From a bacterium (GTDB taxonomy: Bacteria; JAJRZV01), in contig JAJRZV010000047.1 in the NCBI GenBank assembly GCA_024275095.1, forward strand, positions 159-64,158: DNA of 64,000 bases. The letters are read 5' to 3'. Below, one piece after another: positions 29,578-40,357 of the stretch. The translations under genes and the position numbers were made by a program. The first letter of the stretch is position 1; each line of letters begins with the position of its first letter. A model generated the notes under the pieces. The model searched no databases, was not told the DNA's origin, and was given only the letters and a program-made list of their open reading frames with translations.

Positions 29578-31275
29578 GTGAACGTTTCCCAGATCATCTC
29601 AAAGGTATTAACACAACATAAAGTTGAATATGTTTTCGGGATTCCCGGTGCACAGGTGCTCACGCTTTTCGATGCACTGGGTGAAGAAAAATCGATAAAG
29701 CTCATTAATCCCACAACAGAACTCAGTGCATCCTTCATGGCCGATGGATACGCAAGAGCCTCGGGACGACCAGGGGTACTGGTTGTGGTCCCGGGTCCAG
29801 GGCTCGCGCTTGCCCTTTCAGGCATCGGAGAGGCACTGCTGGACCACGTACCCATGGTAATTCTCGCCGCAGATGTGGCAGATAACCTTCCGTATCAATT
29901 CCAGCTTCACCAGATTCCACAAACAGACATGGCCGCCCCGTTAGCCAAGTCTGTTTATCACATAAACAATACTGATACGGCACAGGAAATAATCATCCGG
30001 GCATTTGAGGATGCCGTGTGTCCCCCCCCGGGGCCGGTGATCGTGAACGTAGCATCGAACATATTGCAGGAGAAAGCATCTCCACCACAACCAGTAGCAA
30101 ATCGACAAACTCCAGCACCAGCAATTTCAGAAAGTATAGTGCTCCAAGCTGCTGAAATAATCCAGAAATCAAAACAACCGGGATTGCTGGTTGGGTGGGG
30201 ATGTATGGACTTCTCTGACAGGGTCCTTGAACTGGCCCAGCGCCTCCAGGCACCTGTAGCAACCACATTGTCCGGACGGGGGGTTGTTCCGGAGGATCAT
30301 CCCCTCTGTGTGGGTTATGGATTCGGTTCATTCGGGACACCCGTTGCCGAAAAAATCTTCCGCAAGTGCGATCTCGTAATCGCTCTTGCTGTCCGGTTCA
30401 GCGAAGTGGGAACAGGCTCATACGGTTTGCCGCGGGAAATCCCGTTATTGCATGTTGACGCAGACCCCGGGGCACTTGATGCGAACTGGCCATCCCGGTT
30501 ATCTGTTGTAAGCGATGTGGGAAAATTCCTAGATGCGGTACTGGAAAGAATTCAACCCAGGGAACCCAATCACAACCTGCTCAACAGAATAAAGCAGGAG
30601 AAAGAAAAATACCTGCAGAACAGAGAGCTAACCTTACATAACCATAAAAATGTAGACCCGGGCATGCTGGTGAGAACATGGAGAGCGCTTCTCCCACGCG
30701 ATGCAATAGTTACAACCGATGCGGGAGCCCATATGTTCTGGGTGCTTGAACATTTTGACGTGTTTACACCTCGCACGTTTCTTGCTCCCGTAGATTTTCA
30801 ATCCATGGGCTTTTCAGTTCCTGCTGCTATTGGGGCAGCACTGGCAAAGCCTGAAAAAGTGGTTTTATGCACTGTTGGCGACGGGGGTTTTATTTATACC
30901 GGTCTGGAACTGCTTACAGCAGTAAACCTCCAACTGAACGTGAAAATCCTTATATTCAACGACGGATATTTGGGGCTCATCAGACAATTTCAACAAAAAA
31001 TATTCAGGCACGAAGTAGCAGTAAAATTGAACAATCCTGATTTTAAATATGTTGCCCATGCTATAAATTCACATTATATTCTGGTAAAAGAAAACGAAGA
31101 CATAGCCCCAGCCGTTGCAGAAGCACTGGCCGTGGAGGGACCTGTAATTATGGAAGCACTTGTATCTTACGATCACGTAACGAGATACATTAAAAGTGCC
31201 ATGCGAACAAATATCAAACGAACCCCTTTAAGCATAAAGCTGGAGCTCTTAAAGAAACTCCTGGCGAGAATGTAA
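29578..31275 (+). CDS. Thiamine pyrophosphate-binding protein (acetolactate synthase large-subunit family)
   Basis: VFGIPG, E..ASFMADGYARASG, PGPG, MGFSVPAAIGA, GDGGF...NDG. Confidence 0.92.
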   Translation: MNVSQIISKVLTQHKVEYVFGIPGAQVLTLFDALGEEKSIKLINPTTELSASFMADGYARASGRPGVLVVVPGPGLALALSGIGEALLDHVPMVILAADVADNLPYQFQLHQIPQTDMAAPLAKSVYHINNTDTAQEIIIRAFEDAVCPPPGPVIVNVASNILQEKASPPQPVANRQTPAPAISESIVLQAAEIIQKSKQPGLLVGWGCMDFSDRVLELAQRLQAPVATTLSGRGVVPEDHPLCVGYGFGSFGTPVAEKIFRKCDLVIALAVRFSEVGTGSYGLPREIPLLHVDADPGALDANWPSRLSVVSDVGKFLDAVLERIQPREPNHNLLNRIKQEKEKYLQNRELTLHNHKNVDPGMLVRTWRALLPRDAIVTTDAGAHMFWVLEHFDVFTPRTFLAPVDFQSMGFSVPAAIGAALAKPEKVVLCTVGDGGFIYTGLELLTAVNLQLNVKILIFNDGYLGLIRQFQQKIFRHEVAVKLNNPDFKYVAHAINSHYILVKENEDIAPAVAEALAVEGPVIMEALVSYDHVTRYIKSAMRTNIKRTPLSIKLELLKKLLARM

Positions 31276-32309
31276 TGGAAAAAAGTAAGGTTATAAAAGC
31301 TATCGTTGGAACAACCACACCTGAAATGAAACGCATGGTTGCGCTTTTAAAATGTTTTCCTCTCAATGTAATTGAATACTGTGGCGATTTAAAAAGGCTT
31401 GAATCGTCTTCTCTTGAGCATGCATGCGTATTCCTGCCCGAAGACTCTCCTGTCTCGCTTCTATTCAAGCTGGCAAAAATGAGTGAGTGGTGCCACGTGT
31501 GTATGGTTACATCGGGTAACACAGAAAAAAATGCTGATGAGTGGAGACACCACGGCATTCACTTTATCGAGCCTGAAATCTCTCCAGAACAATTGAGAGA
31601 GGATTTGAAATCGTGGGGGGTGCCGGTACCTTCCTTTGATTTCTCAGGCAAATGTACTGAAGAGACACTGCTGCAAATGGGAAGCGAAATATGGCGTGAA
31701 GGGCTTTCAGTTACCCTGCAACTGGAAAATAATGAAGGTACGAATCAGCAATTGCACCTCTACCGTGGACAGCTCGCCATTCAACAACCAGCCCTTTCGC
31801 GACCTGTCGACGCATTTAAAAATGCCTTTGCGGTACTGTCTCAGTTGCTCTCTTTTATCTCATCTGCAAAAGAGCTGAACTACCGGATCGAGCCTTTTGA
31901 ACCTCAACAATTTGTCATAATTGAGACATGGCCCTCCTTTGTACTCCGCCTCTCATGGTCGCAGGACAGAACCACCCAGATCCAGGAGGATGACAGATAT
32001 TATGAGGTAACCAATTACGAGTATCTGACACTTCTTCCCCTTCGGGATCAGGAGACGGCATTTTTAAGTGCCCTCACACCAGGCGTATCATTCAAGGAAA
32101 CAGCTGCAAGCAAGGGAATCAGTGAAAAAACGGCGGCACGTGTTTTATGGGCATGTATTCATCTGGGAGTGGTGCACAAACTCAGCCTTGAACAGGAGGA
32201 AAAAACCGCAGATAAGAAAGCAGCATTACCCGATATTGTACAAACCGAATCCAAAAAATCTACCGTCTCGAATGACTCTTTCGACATCTTAGACCTGGAC
32301 GAGGAGTAA
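31275..32309 (+). CDS. Hypothetical protein
   Basis: 344-aa ORF translationally coupled (TAATG) to the upstream gene; acidic tail. Confidence 0.65.
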   Translation: MEKSKVIKAIVGTTTPEMKRMVALLKCFPLNVIEYCGDLKRLESSSLEHACVFLPEDSPVSLLFKLAKMSEWCHVCMVTSGNTEKNADEWRHHGIHFIEPEISPEQLREDLKSWGVPVPSFDFSGKCTEETLLQMGSEIWREGLSVTLQLENNEGTNQQLHLYRGQLAIQQPALSRPVDAFKNAFAVLSQLLSFISSAKELNYRIEPFEPQQFVIIETWPSFVLRLSWSQDRTTQIQEDDRYYEVTNYEYLTLLPLRDQETAFLSALTPGVSFKETAASKGISEKTAARVLWACIHLGVVHKLSLEQEEKTADKKAALPDIVQTESKKSTVSNDSFDILDLDEE

Positions 32310-32317
32310 GTTCAGCG

Positions 32318-33454
32318 GTGCAAATCCCTTTCTACCGGGTAAAGCTGGAAGAAGAGGACATCCAAAAAGTTGAGGAAGTACTTCGCTCCGGCTGGATAGG
32401 TCAAGGGCCTCAGGTAGAACAGTTTGAAAAAGAATTTGCAGAATATGTGGGCGCCAGTGAAGCCGTTGCACTTAGCTCGTGCACAGCAGGACTCTTCCTT
32501 GCCCTGAGAGCTCTTGGGATTGGACCTGGTGACGAAGTCATTACCTCGCCGCTTACTTTCGCCGCCACAGCCAATGTAATAGAAAACACCGGGGCCAAAC
32601 CTGTTTTCGTGGATGTTGATCCAGTCACGTGTAATATTGATCCGGTCTCAGTGAAAGCTGCTGTAACACCACGTACAAAAGCCATTATTCCTGTACACCT
32701 TTACGGCAGACCATGTGAAATGGACCGCATCATGGAAATCGCCAGCAAGCACAACCTTATGGTCATTGAAGATGCCGCTCACGCCCTTGGGGCAGCGTAC
32801 AAAGGCAAACCGATCGGCTCTATCGGCCACGTTACTTCCTTCAGCTTTTACGCCACGAAAAATCTCACAACCGCAGAGGGCGGGATGCTCACCACAGATG
32901 ATCCCGATCTTGCAAATAAAATCCGGATACTCCGTCTGCACGGTATCAGCCGGGATGCATGGAAACGGTACACACACTCCTCTCCCGTTCATTACCAGGT
33001 TGTAATGCCGGGGTTCAAATTCAACATGACCGACATCCAGGCTGCACTGGGACGCAATCAGCTCAAGCGTTTCCATGAAATTCAAACCCGTAGACGCAGG
33101 CTGTGGAATATGTACCGTGAAAGGCTCAAAAACATCAATGGAATCCGTCTGCCTCTTGAAGAAGAAAAAGGCATCGTTCACGCGTATCACCTCTTTGCCG
33201 TGCTCATCGAACACGAAAGAATTACCCGAGATGAAATAATGAATCAGCTGGCCGAAATGGGCGTGAGCACATCTGTACACTTCCACGCCCTTCACCTTCA
33301 GCCATATTATCGGGAAAAGTATGGATACAAGCCAGGCGATTTCCCACATGCGGAACACATATCTACAAGAACACTATCACTTCCCTTCTTCCCTTCCATG
33401 AGCGAAGACGAACTTGAGTACGTATGTGAATGCCTGAAAAAAATTCTTACCTGA
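32318..33454 (+). CDS. DegT/DnrJ/EryC1/StrS sugar aminotransferase
   Basis: SSCTAGL, GPGDEVIT, IEDAAHALG, SFYATKNLTTAEGG. Confidence 0.95.
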   Translation: MQIPFYRVKLEEEDIQKVEEVLRSGWIGQGPQVEQFEKEFAEYVGASEAVALSSCTAGLFLALRALGIGPGDEVITSPLTFAATANVIENTGAKPVFVDVDPVTCNIDPVSVKAAVTPRTKAIIPVHLYGRPCEMDRIMEIASKHNLMVIEDAAHALGAAYKGKPIGSIGHVTSFSFYATKNLTTAEGGMLTTDDPDLANKIRILRLHGISRDAWKRYTHSSPVHYQVVMPGFKFNMTDIQAALGRNQLKRFHEIQTRRRRLWNMYRERLKNINGIRLPLEEEKGIVHAYHLFAVLIEHERITRDEIMNQLAEMGVSTSVHFHALHLQPYYREKYGYKPGDFPHAEHISTRTLSLPFFPSMSEDELEYVCECLKKILT

Positions 33455-33456
33455 CT

Positions 33457-35112
33457 TCAGTCAATATATCCTAAATCTCGCAATCTCTCCTCTACGCTCT
33501 GAAGCGCGTCTTCACTCCACCATTGAGACGGAACCGCCTTTTTCAATATCTCGTCTGCCATATTTTTTAATGGGATTACCTGTGAAGAAACTCTACTCAT
33601 AAATTTTCTGGAAACCTCTTCCCCATCAGGTTTTACCTGGAAATATACATATCGGTGTGCTGTTTCACGAATGCCGGGAATATGTGTTACAACAAACAGC
33701 CCGATTTTTTCAGCCAGCCTTCCGAGCAAAGGTAATTGACTGATGTAATAAAGAAATACACCTATCTTTGCGATTATCCTGTGTTTTAACCTGGTCGGAA
33801 CGTACGGCTCTTTAAACATCTCTTCCACAAAGGCTGAAACATAAAAGTGCTTACCTCTCTCCTTATCCTGAGAAGAAAAAAATGAATTCTCCAACAGACC
33901 GTTAATCCACAATTTTTCAGTAGGAGTGCGAACGCACACCTGTGTGAGCTTATTGATGATGCTGTATTTTTTCTTTTGTGCAAACGATTTTAAAAGTTCA
34001 TCAGATGTGAGATTGTGAGACCAGAATTCAGCATATACATACGAATTTTTCCTTTCGTCATCAAGTAACGATCGCCCACGTGCAACATGTGCATGCTCTT
34101 TTTTCCATTCATCAAGGAAACCCGCCAGCTGCGCGATCGTGGGTCCTACATCCGTAATTGAAGAAATTTCTTCCTTCATCCCCGGAGAAAGTCCTGCACC
34201 TCCAATAGCAAGCGGGACACGAAGAACTCCGTCTGTAAGAAGGTTGATATGCCCCAGCATGCCTGACTGTACATCTTCACCATGATCAGCCGTAACAATC
34301 ACTGCTCCGTGGGCATCCATAAATCCTGCTGACTCAAGAAAATCCATATATTCCTTAAACCTTCCTCTATCGAAAAACTCCACACCCCTCGCGTACAGAT
34401 GGACAGCCTGGGAAATAAGGCCTTCCGTCCTTAATCCAACCATCTCGAGCAACCTTTTCACACGTTGCTCCTTAAAAATAAATTCATAAGCTTCTTTGAA
34501 CCGGCCAGCACTGACAAGGGCCTCCACGCGTTTTTTCTGACCCAGTTTCTCCGCCGTCGATAATATTTGAGTTTTAAAAAATGATTGGTCATCTCCGTAA
34601 TCCCGCCTCAAACAATATGGAGAATGCACATCTGAAAAATGCAAAAAAAGGAACACCGGTACATTCCTTTCATGGTTGATATGGTTGAAAAGCGAATCCC
34701 GTGCATCCAGAGATGTTATATCAAAAACAAGGTCAGCATCGTCCAGTAGACCCCAGGCCTGGAACATCGTCAAAAAATCTACTCCAAATATTATTCTGTA
34801 ACCTTTCTCCCTCAAAAATTTCACCACGGATTTTACATTTGAAGAAAGTCGCTCCCCTACAAATGACCTCAACCCGTGCGATGGTGGATAAAGCCCGGTA
34901 AGCATGGATGCATGTGCAGTGGAGGTATAAGAAGCAGTGGAAAACGCGTTCACAAACACGAGAGCTTTTTCAAAAAATGCATCCAGCACGGGGGTGTCAG
35001 GTGGAGGCACTCGATGGCGGTCGTAAAAATCGGAAACGCGATAAAACGAAACAGCATCTCGCCTCAATGTATCAATCGAAAGAAGAGCAATTCTGTGTAC
35101 GGGCATGTTCAT
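33457..35112 (-). CDS. Sulfatase-like hydrolase/transferase (alkaline phosphatase superfamily)
   Basis: IDTLRRD, T..AHASMLTGLYP..HG, H..DVHSPY, TADHGE, RVPL, C-terminal RLRDLGY. Confidence 0.85.
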   Translation of the reverse strand: MNMPVHRIALLSIDTLRRDAVSFYRVSDFYDRHRVPPPDTPVLDAFFEKALVFVNAFSTASYTSTAHASMLTGLYPPSHGLRSFVGERLSSNVKSVVKFLREKGYRIIFGVDFLTMFQAWGLLDDADLVFDITSLDARDSLFNHINHERNVPVFLFLHFSDVHSPYCLRRDYGDDQSFFKTQILSTAEKLGQKKRVEALVSAGRFKEAYEFIFKEQRVKRLLEMVGLRTEGLISQAVHLYARGVEFFDRGRFKEYMDFLESAGFMDAHGAVIVTADHGEDVQSGMLGHINLLTDGVLRVPLAIGGAGLSPGMKEEISSITDVGPTIAQLAGFLDEWKKEHAHVARGRSLLDDERKNSYVYAEFWSHNLTSDELLKSFAQKKKYSIINKLTQVCVRTPTEKLWINGLLENSFFSSQDKERGKHFYVSAFVEEMFKEPYVPTRLKHRIIAKIGVFLYYISQLPLLGRLAEKIGLFVVTHIPGIRETAHRYVYFQVKPDGEEVSRKFMSRVSSQVIPLKNMADEILKKAVPSQWWSEDALQSVEERLRDLGYID

Positions 35113-36549
35113 TTACTCCAGGTATCCCAAGTCCCTGAGTCGTTCGATCACCTTCTCCTCGTCCACATTCACTGAATAAGCCACATTTCTCTCCGTAGTT
35201 TCAGAAGAAATTTTAACCTCGCGCATATAAGTAACGGAATCGGGTCTGAAAATATCCCGGAGTACCTTACCATCCAGTTCAGAAGGTACTGCGCAGCCCA
35301 TTAAATGCAAAATAGTAGGTGCCACATCCACGATGGAAAATGCTTCACACACACCTTTCTTAAAATATTCTCCAGCTGCAATAAGAAAACCTGTCTGTGC
35401 GTTGTCGGCCTTTACATCACGTACAGAACGTACAATCCCCCCTGCTCCAGAAGATATCAACCTCACTTTCTTTTCAGGCATTACAATCAGATCAGGAGCA
35501 TCGTCAACATAAGGACCAGAGTAAAGTTCTCTGCCTTTACACACTTTTTCCACACAATCTGCGAGTTCCTCTTCCAGCACCGAGCACAGCTCGTCAATCA
35601 ACTCTGCTGCATCAAGAACAAATACCACCCCATGAGTAAAAGGAACCAGCCGTGAGTTGGCTATATCCACGGCTGTTGTCAAACGAGGTAAAACCATGGA
35701 TGCACGGGGCACCTGGGACAGAGATTCTACCAGTTCTTTTATGTACCGGCGCCAGCCACGGGATTTTACGGTGGTCCACCCTTTCTGAATGCACAATGTC
35801 AAAAGGTCTGCCTCTTTTTCGATCCTTCTCAGGCCATGATCTGATACCACCATCACTGTTTCGCCTGCCTCTAGCCATTTACGGACATACCTGTCCACAC
35901 GCTGCCATACACGCAAAGTTTCATCCCCGTTAAAATAAAAATGCCCAAGTGCAACCATGTGATAAAGGACCAGGAAACCCACTGAAGGCGTGCGTTCATA
36001 AAAAAGCGTGTCAAAAGTTCGCAGATGGTTTTCTGTAAGTTCTTCGATAACTCTCACGCCTGACTCGCCGCGTAAAGACACATCTGGCCAGTGCGGGGGA
36101 TGCACGCGGAAATTAAAATGTTCTTTCAGCTCACTCTCAAGTTCGTGCGGATATGTGTACCCCACATCCTGGGTAAACGGTCCACCCGAGATAAGGATAC
36201 CCTTTACAGGCCGTGGAGGATATGTGAGAGGTGTACCCATTATAAGTACTTCAAGATCGTTTTCACCCATGTAATCCCAGAAGTCCTTACTCCGCCCGGC
36301 GAGATATCCTGCATGTACCACCGCTCCAGTCCGCTTGTTCAACTGTAACCACCAGTACAAACCAAGTTGCCCGGGATTTTTACCTGAATACAAGCTCTTC
36401 CAGGCCGGTGCTGTTACGGGCGGAACAGTACTGAGAAGCGGAGCATACACGCCATTCTCCAGCAATTCAGAAAAACCCGGCAACTCCCTCTCCTCAATCC
36501 AGGGAGCCAGCATTTCCATGCAACCGCCGTCTATGCCCAGAACAATCAT
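35113..36549 (-). CDS. Type I phosphodiesterase/nucleotide pyrophosphatase family protein
   Basis: LGIDGG, STVPPVTAPAW..SGKNPG, VVSDHG, DVAPTIL, C-terminal RLRDLGY. Confidence 0.87.
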   Translation of the reverse strand: MIVLGIDGGCMEMLAPWIEERELPGFSELLENGVYAPLLSTVPPVTAPAWKSLYSGKNPGQLGLYWWLQLNKRTGAVVHAGYLAGRSKDFWDYMGENDLEVLIMGTPLTYPPRPVKGILISGGPFTQDVGYTYPHELESELKEHFNFRVHPPHWPDVSLRGESGVRVIEELTENHLRTFDTLFYERTPSVGFLVLYHMVALGHFYFNGDETLRVWQRVDRYVRKWLEAGETVMVVSDHGLRRIEKEADLLTLCIQKGWTTVKSRGWRRYIKELVESLSQVPRASMVLPRLTTAVDIANSRLVPFTHGVVFVLDAAELIDELCSVLEEELADCVEKVCKGRELYSGPYVDDAPDLIVMPEKKVRLISSGAGGIVRSVRDVKADNAQTGFLIAAGEYFKKGVCEAFSIVDVAPTILHLMGCAVPSELDGKVLRDIFRPDSVTYMREVKISSETTERNVAYSVNVDEEKVIERLRDLGYLE

Positions 36550-36783
36550 TTCACCAAAATATATGAAACAAGCATCGTGTTCAATATCCGATCCATTAAA
36601 TACATCAACTCCTGATATGTTTTGTTATTCTCGTACAAAGTTCCATGTTTTGAAAACAGGGTTAATTTTTATATTTCATCTTTAACTCAACCATTACTCC
36701 GAGACTTTTTAAGAATGCTTTGCTTCTATCATGGGCGTCTTTTGAGGCAAAAGTGTCAAAGAACTGTTATATTTTACTACGTA

Positions 36784-38403
36784 ATGAAATACCCACGAGA
36801 CCATAAAAACACTGAAAATACTCTCAAAATTAAATGGTACCAGAGTATCAGTTTTAAGCTTACATTTGTGGTGGGTTTTGTTGTTACGTGCATATTTGGC
36901 TTCTTCATGTACGTGGTTATGAAAACCAGCCAGGATTCCCTTTTGCGCGAACTTCTCAGAAGTGCCACCCAGCTCAGCGAAACGGTCAGAAGGAGTACTC
37001 ATTACGATATGCTCGAAAATCGTCGCGAAAACATATATCGCATTATACGTACCATTGCTTCGCAGAAAGGGATAGAAAAAATCCGCATTTTCAATAAAGA
37101 AGGTCGCATCATGTTTTCTACTGCTGAAGAAGAAGCAGGAAAGATGGTGGATAAAAAAGCCGAGGAATGCTATGCGTGCCATGCACGTGAGCGACCACTT
37201 GAAAGGCTGGACATTAAAAAACGAAGTCGAATATTCCGCTGGGGTGAAGATAAGCACCGCGTATTCGGAATGATTACCCCCATATACAACGAAGAAAGTT
37301 GCTATACTGCTGCATGCCATTATCATCCACCCGAACAGAAAATTCTTGGGGTACTGGATATCGTTATCTCCCTGAAAGATGTGGATCAACGTCGCGAAGC
37401 CATGCTCAAGCGATTTCTCATCACAGCCGCTCTGGCCATCCTCTCGACATGCCTGCTCATTATCGTATTTATGCAGAAAGCCCTCATCACCCCTGTGCGA
37501 AAATTAGTGGAAGGAACAGAAAAAATCGCTGAGGGCAAACTAGAGCACCGAATCGACGTGGATACCGAGGACGAAATTGGAATACTTGCGAGGTCCTTCA
37601 ACGTGATGGCTGAAAACCTGAAAAAAGCGGAAGAGGAGATTCAGGAATGGATAAGAACGCTGGAAGAAAAAGTTAAGAGAAGAACCCGGGAGCTGGAAGC
37701 CACGCAAAAGCAGCTCATCCAGTCTGAAAAAATGGTGTCCCTGGGCAAACTTGCAGCCACCGTTGCGCACGAAATCAACAACCCATTAACAGGAGTGCTC
37801 ACCTACCTCAGGCTTATTTCCAGGAAACTTTCAGAATCAGAAGGAGAAATGAAAAAAGAAGATCTGCTCAGGTACCTCTGGATCATAGAAGCTGAAATTA
37901 AAAGAGCTTCTGTCATAGTAAAAGAGCTCCTTGATTTCGCCCGCCAGAGAGAACCCATACTGAAAGAGGTGGACATCAACAAGGTCCTGGAGGGGGCACT
38001 TTCCATTCTTTCCAACGAGGTCGCTCTGAGAAACATTACAGTAAAAAAATACCTGTCCAGGGTGCCCATCATCAAAGCCGATCCCAATCAGCTCAAACAG
38101 GTGTTTATCAACATTGTTATGAATGCCTGCGAAGCCATAAAAGAAAAGGGTGAGATTACCATTACAACACGGTATGATGAAAATGCAGGAGAGGTGGAAA
38201 TTCAAGTTACAGATACAGGGATCGGTATTCCCGAAGAAAATCTTTCGCGCATATTTGATCCGTTTTTTACAACCAAAGAAAAAGGTACTGGTTTAGGATT
38301 GTCGGTGGCGTACAATATTATCACGAATCACAAAGGCAAAATCCAAATCACAAGCAAAGAAGGAGAAGGCACCACTGTAACTATTCGACTCCCTGTATCA
38401 TAA
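36784..38403 (+). CDS. Sensor histidine kinase with periplasmic c-type heme motifs and HAMP domain
   Basis: TM1-CYACH...CYTAACH-TM2, HAMP (DEIGILARSFN), H-box AHEINNPL, DPFFTTKEKGTGLGL; start likely ATG 36784. Confidence 0.93.
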   Translation: MKYPRDHKNTENTLKIKWYQSISFKLTFVVGFVVTCIFGFFMYVVMKTSQDSLLRELLRSATQLSETVRRSTHYDMLENRRENIYRIIRTIASQKGIEKIRIFNKEGRIMFSTAEEEAGKMVDKKAEECYACHARERPLERLDIKKRSRIFRWGEDKHRVFGMITPIYNEESCYTAACHYHPPEQKILGVLDIVISLKDVDQRREAMLKRFLITAALAILSTCLLIIVFMQKALITPVRKLVEGTEKIAEGKLEHRIDVDTEDEIGILARSFNVMAENLKKAEEEIQEWIRTLEEKVKRRTRELEATQKQLIQSEKMVSLGKLAATVAHEINNPLTGVLTYLRLISRKLSESEGEMKKEDLLRYLWIIEAEIKRASVIVKELLDFARQREPILKEVDINKVLEGALSILSNEVALRNITVKKYLSRVPIIKADPNQLKQVFINIVMNACEAIKEKGEITITTRYDENAGEVEIQVTDTGIGIPEENLSRIFDPFFTTKEKGTGLGLSVAYNIITNHKGKIQITSKEGEGTTVTIRLPVS

Positions 38404-38413
38404 CCTGTTTTGG

Positions 38414-38965
38414 ATGAAAAGAATTCACATCATCCCTGTTGGGAAAACGAATGTTTCCATGCTCGAGAGGATATCGAAAAAAGTGGAACATTTGTTAAAT
38501 GTACCCTCCGAGGTATTGAAACCTGTAAGTGTGCCCAAAGAAGCTTACGACTACGTGCGAAAGCAATATAACTCCACCGTAATTCTTAAAAACCTGCTGG
38601 AAAAGGTAACCCCTGACTCTCTCAAAGTTATCGGTATTACTCATGTTGATCTTTTCATCCCTGTTCTAACTTTTGTATTTGGAGAAGCCCAGTTGGGAGG
38701 ACAGGTAGCCGTGGTATCCACTGCCCGTTTAAGGCAAGAATTTTACGGACTTCCAGCGGATGAATTTGTACTGGAAGAGAGGCTCTACAAAGAAGTCATC
38801 CATGAACTGGGACACACTTTCGGACTTGTACACTGTTCGCTCAACAAATGCGCTATGTATCTTTCCACCAGCATAAAATTCATTGACCTCAAAAGCAGTG
38901 GCTTCTGCAGGGAGTGCCAGAAACAGTTGAACAAAAGCCTCCAATTGCTTAAAACAGACAGGTAG
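38414..38965 (+). CDS. Archaemetzincin (peptidase M54) zinc metalloprotease
   Basis: FVFGEA, HELGHTFGLVHC....CAM, FCREC. Confidence 0.9.
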   Translation: MKRIHIIPVGKTNVSMLERISKKVEHLLNVPSEVLKPVSVPKEAYDYVRKQYNSTVILKNLLEKVTPDSLKVIGITHVDLFIPVLTFVFGEAQLGGQVAVVSTARLRQEFYGLPADEFVLEERLYKEVIHELGHTFGLVHCSLNKCAMYLSTSIKFIDLKSSGFCRECQKQLNKSLQLLKTDR

Positions 38966-38967
38966 CC

Positions 38968-40332
38968 ATGAATAGTAAAGTTAAAGTACTCATTGTAGAC
39001 GACGAGCAGGTGGTGAGAGATTCTCTCTCCGAATGGCTCCGAGAGGACGGTTATGAAGTGGGAGCTGTAGAAAGTGGCAAAAAAGCTCTTGAAGAACTGG
39101 GCAAAAGCAACTGGGACATACTTCTGGTAGACCTCAAGATGCCGGAAATGGACGGTCTGGAACTTCTCCAGAAAGTAAAGGAAATTTCTCCTTCCATACC
39201 CGTCATCATTATCACCGCATACGCCACAGTGGACACTGCCGTTAAAGCCATGAAAGAAGGTGCATATGACTATCTTGTAAAACCTTTCGATCCGGAAGAA
39301 ATTTCCCTCCTCATGAAAAGACTCACAGAGCACATTAAACTGACCCGCGAAAATATTTACCTTCGACAGCAGCTGAAGAAACAATACACGCTTCACGACA
39401 TTATCAGCAGAAATCCCAAAATGCAGGAACTGATGGAACTGGTCAAAATGGTGGGACCAACAGATTCAACCGTGCTTCTTCAGGGCGAAAGCGGCACCGG
39501 CAAGGAACTGTTCGCCCGCGCACTCCACAAAGAAAGTCTCAGAGCAGACAAGCCCTTTATCGCGGTCTCCTGCGGTGCGCTCAGTGACAGCCTGTTAGAG
39601 TCGGAACTCTTTGGCTACGAAAAAGGGGCATTTACAGGTGCTACATCTCGCAGAAAAGGGAAATTCGAACTCGCCAATGGAGGAACTATTTTTCTCGATG
39701 AAATAGGAGACATAAGTCCAAAACTCCAGCTTGACCTTTTAAGAGTACTTGAACAGAAAGAGTTCTACCGGATTGGCGGCTCAGAAGTCATCAAAATAGA
39801 TGTCCGGGTCATCGCCGCCACGAACAGAGATCTCGAAAAAATGGTGAGAGAAGGACAATTCAGGGAAGACCTTTTCTACAGGCTCAACGTTGTCCCCATT
39901 CACATCCCTCCTCTCCGGGAGAGAAAAGAAGACATACCCCTTCTGGTTGACCACTTTCTCGAAATTTTCAGGTTGGAAACAGGCAAAAACATAGAGCGTG
40001 TAAGTGAAGATGCCATGAAGGTGCTGCTCGATTACGACTACCCAGGAAATGTTAGAGAGTTGAGAAACATCATAGAAAGAGCCGTTATTGTGGCAAAAGG
40101 TGACGAAATTACTGTTGAAGACCTTCGCTTCGGGCTCAAATCACCGCCTGCACCTTCGACGGAAGCGGAAGATGAAGCGCTTGAATCGGTAGAACGAGCT
40201 CATATATTGAAAGTGCTTAATAAATATGACTGGAACGTAAGTAAGGCCGCATCCGCTTTAGGAATTGACCGCACCACCCTTTACAACAAAATGAAAAAAT
40301 ACGGCCTTACGCGCCGGGGGAACGACGCGTAA
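38968..40332 (+). CDS. Sigma-54-dependent response regulator (NtrC/AtoC family)
   Basis: Receiver VDD..DLKMP, GESGTGKE, GAFTGA, FREDLFYRLNV, Fis HTH. Confidence 0.96.
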   Translation: MNSKVKVLIVDDEQVVRDSLSEWLREDGYEVGAVESGKKALEELGKSNWDILLVDLKMPEMDGLELLQKVKEISPSIPVIIITAYATVDTAVKAMKEGAYDYLVKPFDPEEISLLMKRLTEHIKLTRENIYLRQQLKKQYTLHDIISRNPKMQELMELVKMVGPTDSTVLLQGESGTGKELFARALHKESLRADKPFIAVSCGALSDSLLESELFGYEKGAFTGATSRRKGKFELANGGTIFLDEIGDISPKLQLDLLRVLEQKEFYRIGGSEVIKIDVRVIAATNRDLEKMVREGQFREDLFYRLNVVPIHIPPLRERKEDIPLLVDHFLEIFRLETGKNIERVSEDAMKVLLDYDYPGNVRELRNIIERAVIVAKGDEITVEDLRFGLKSPPAPSTEAEDEALESVERAHILKVLNKYDWNVSKAASALGIDRTTLYNKMKKYGLTRRGNDA

Positions 40333-40357
40333 GGCCTGCTTCTACTGCGGGTGCAGG

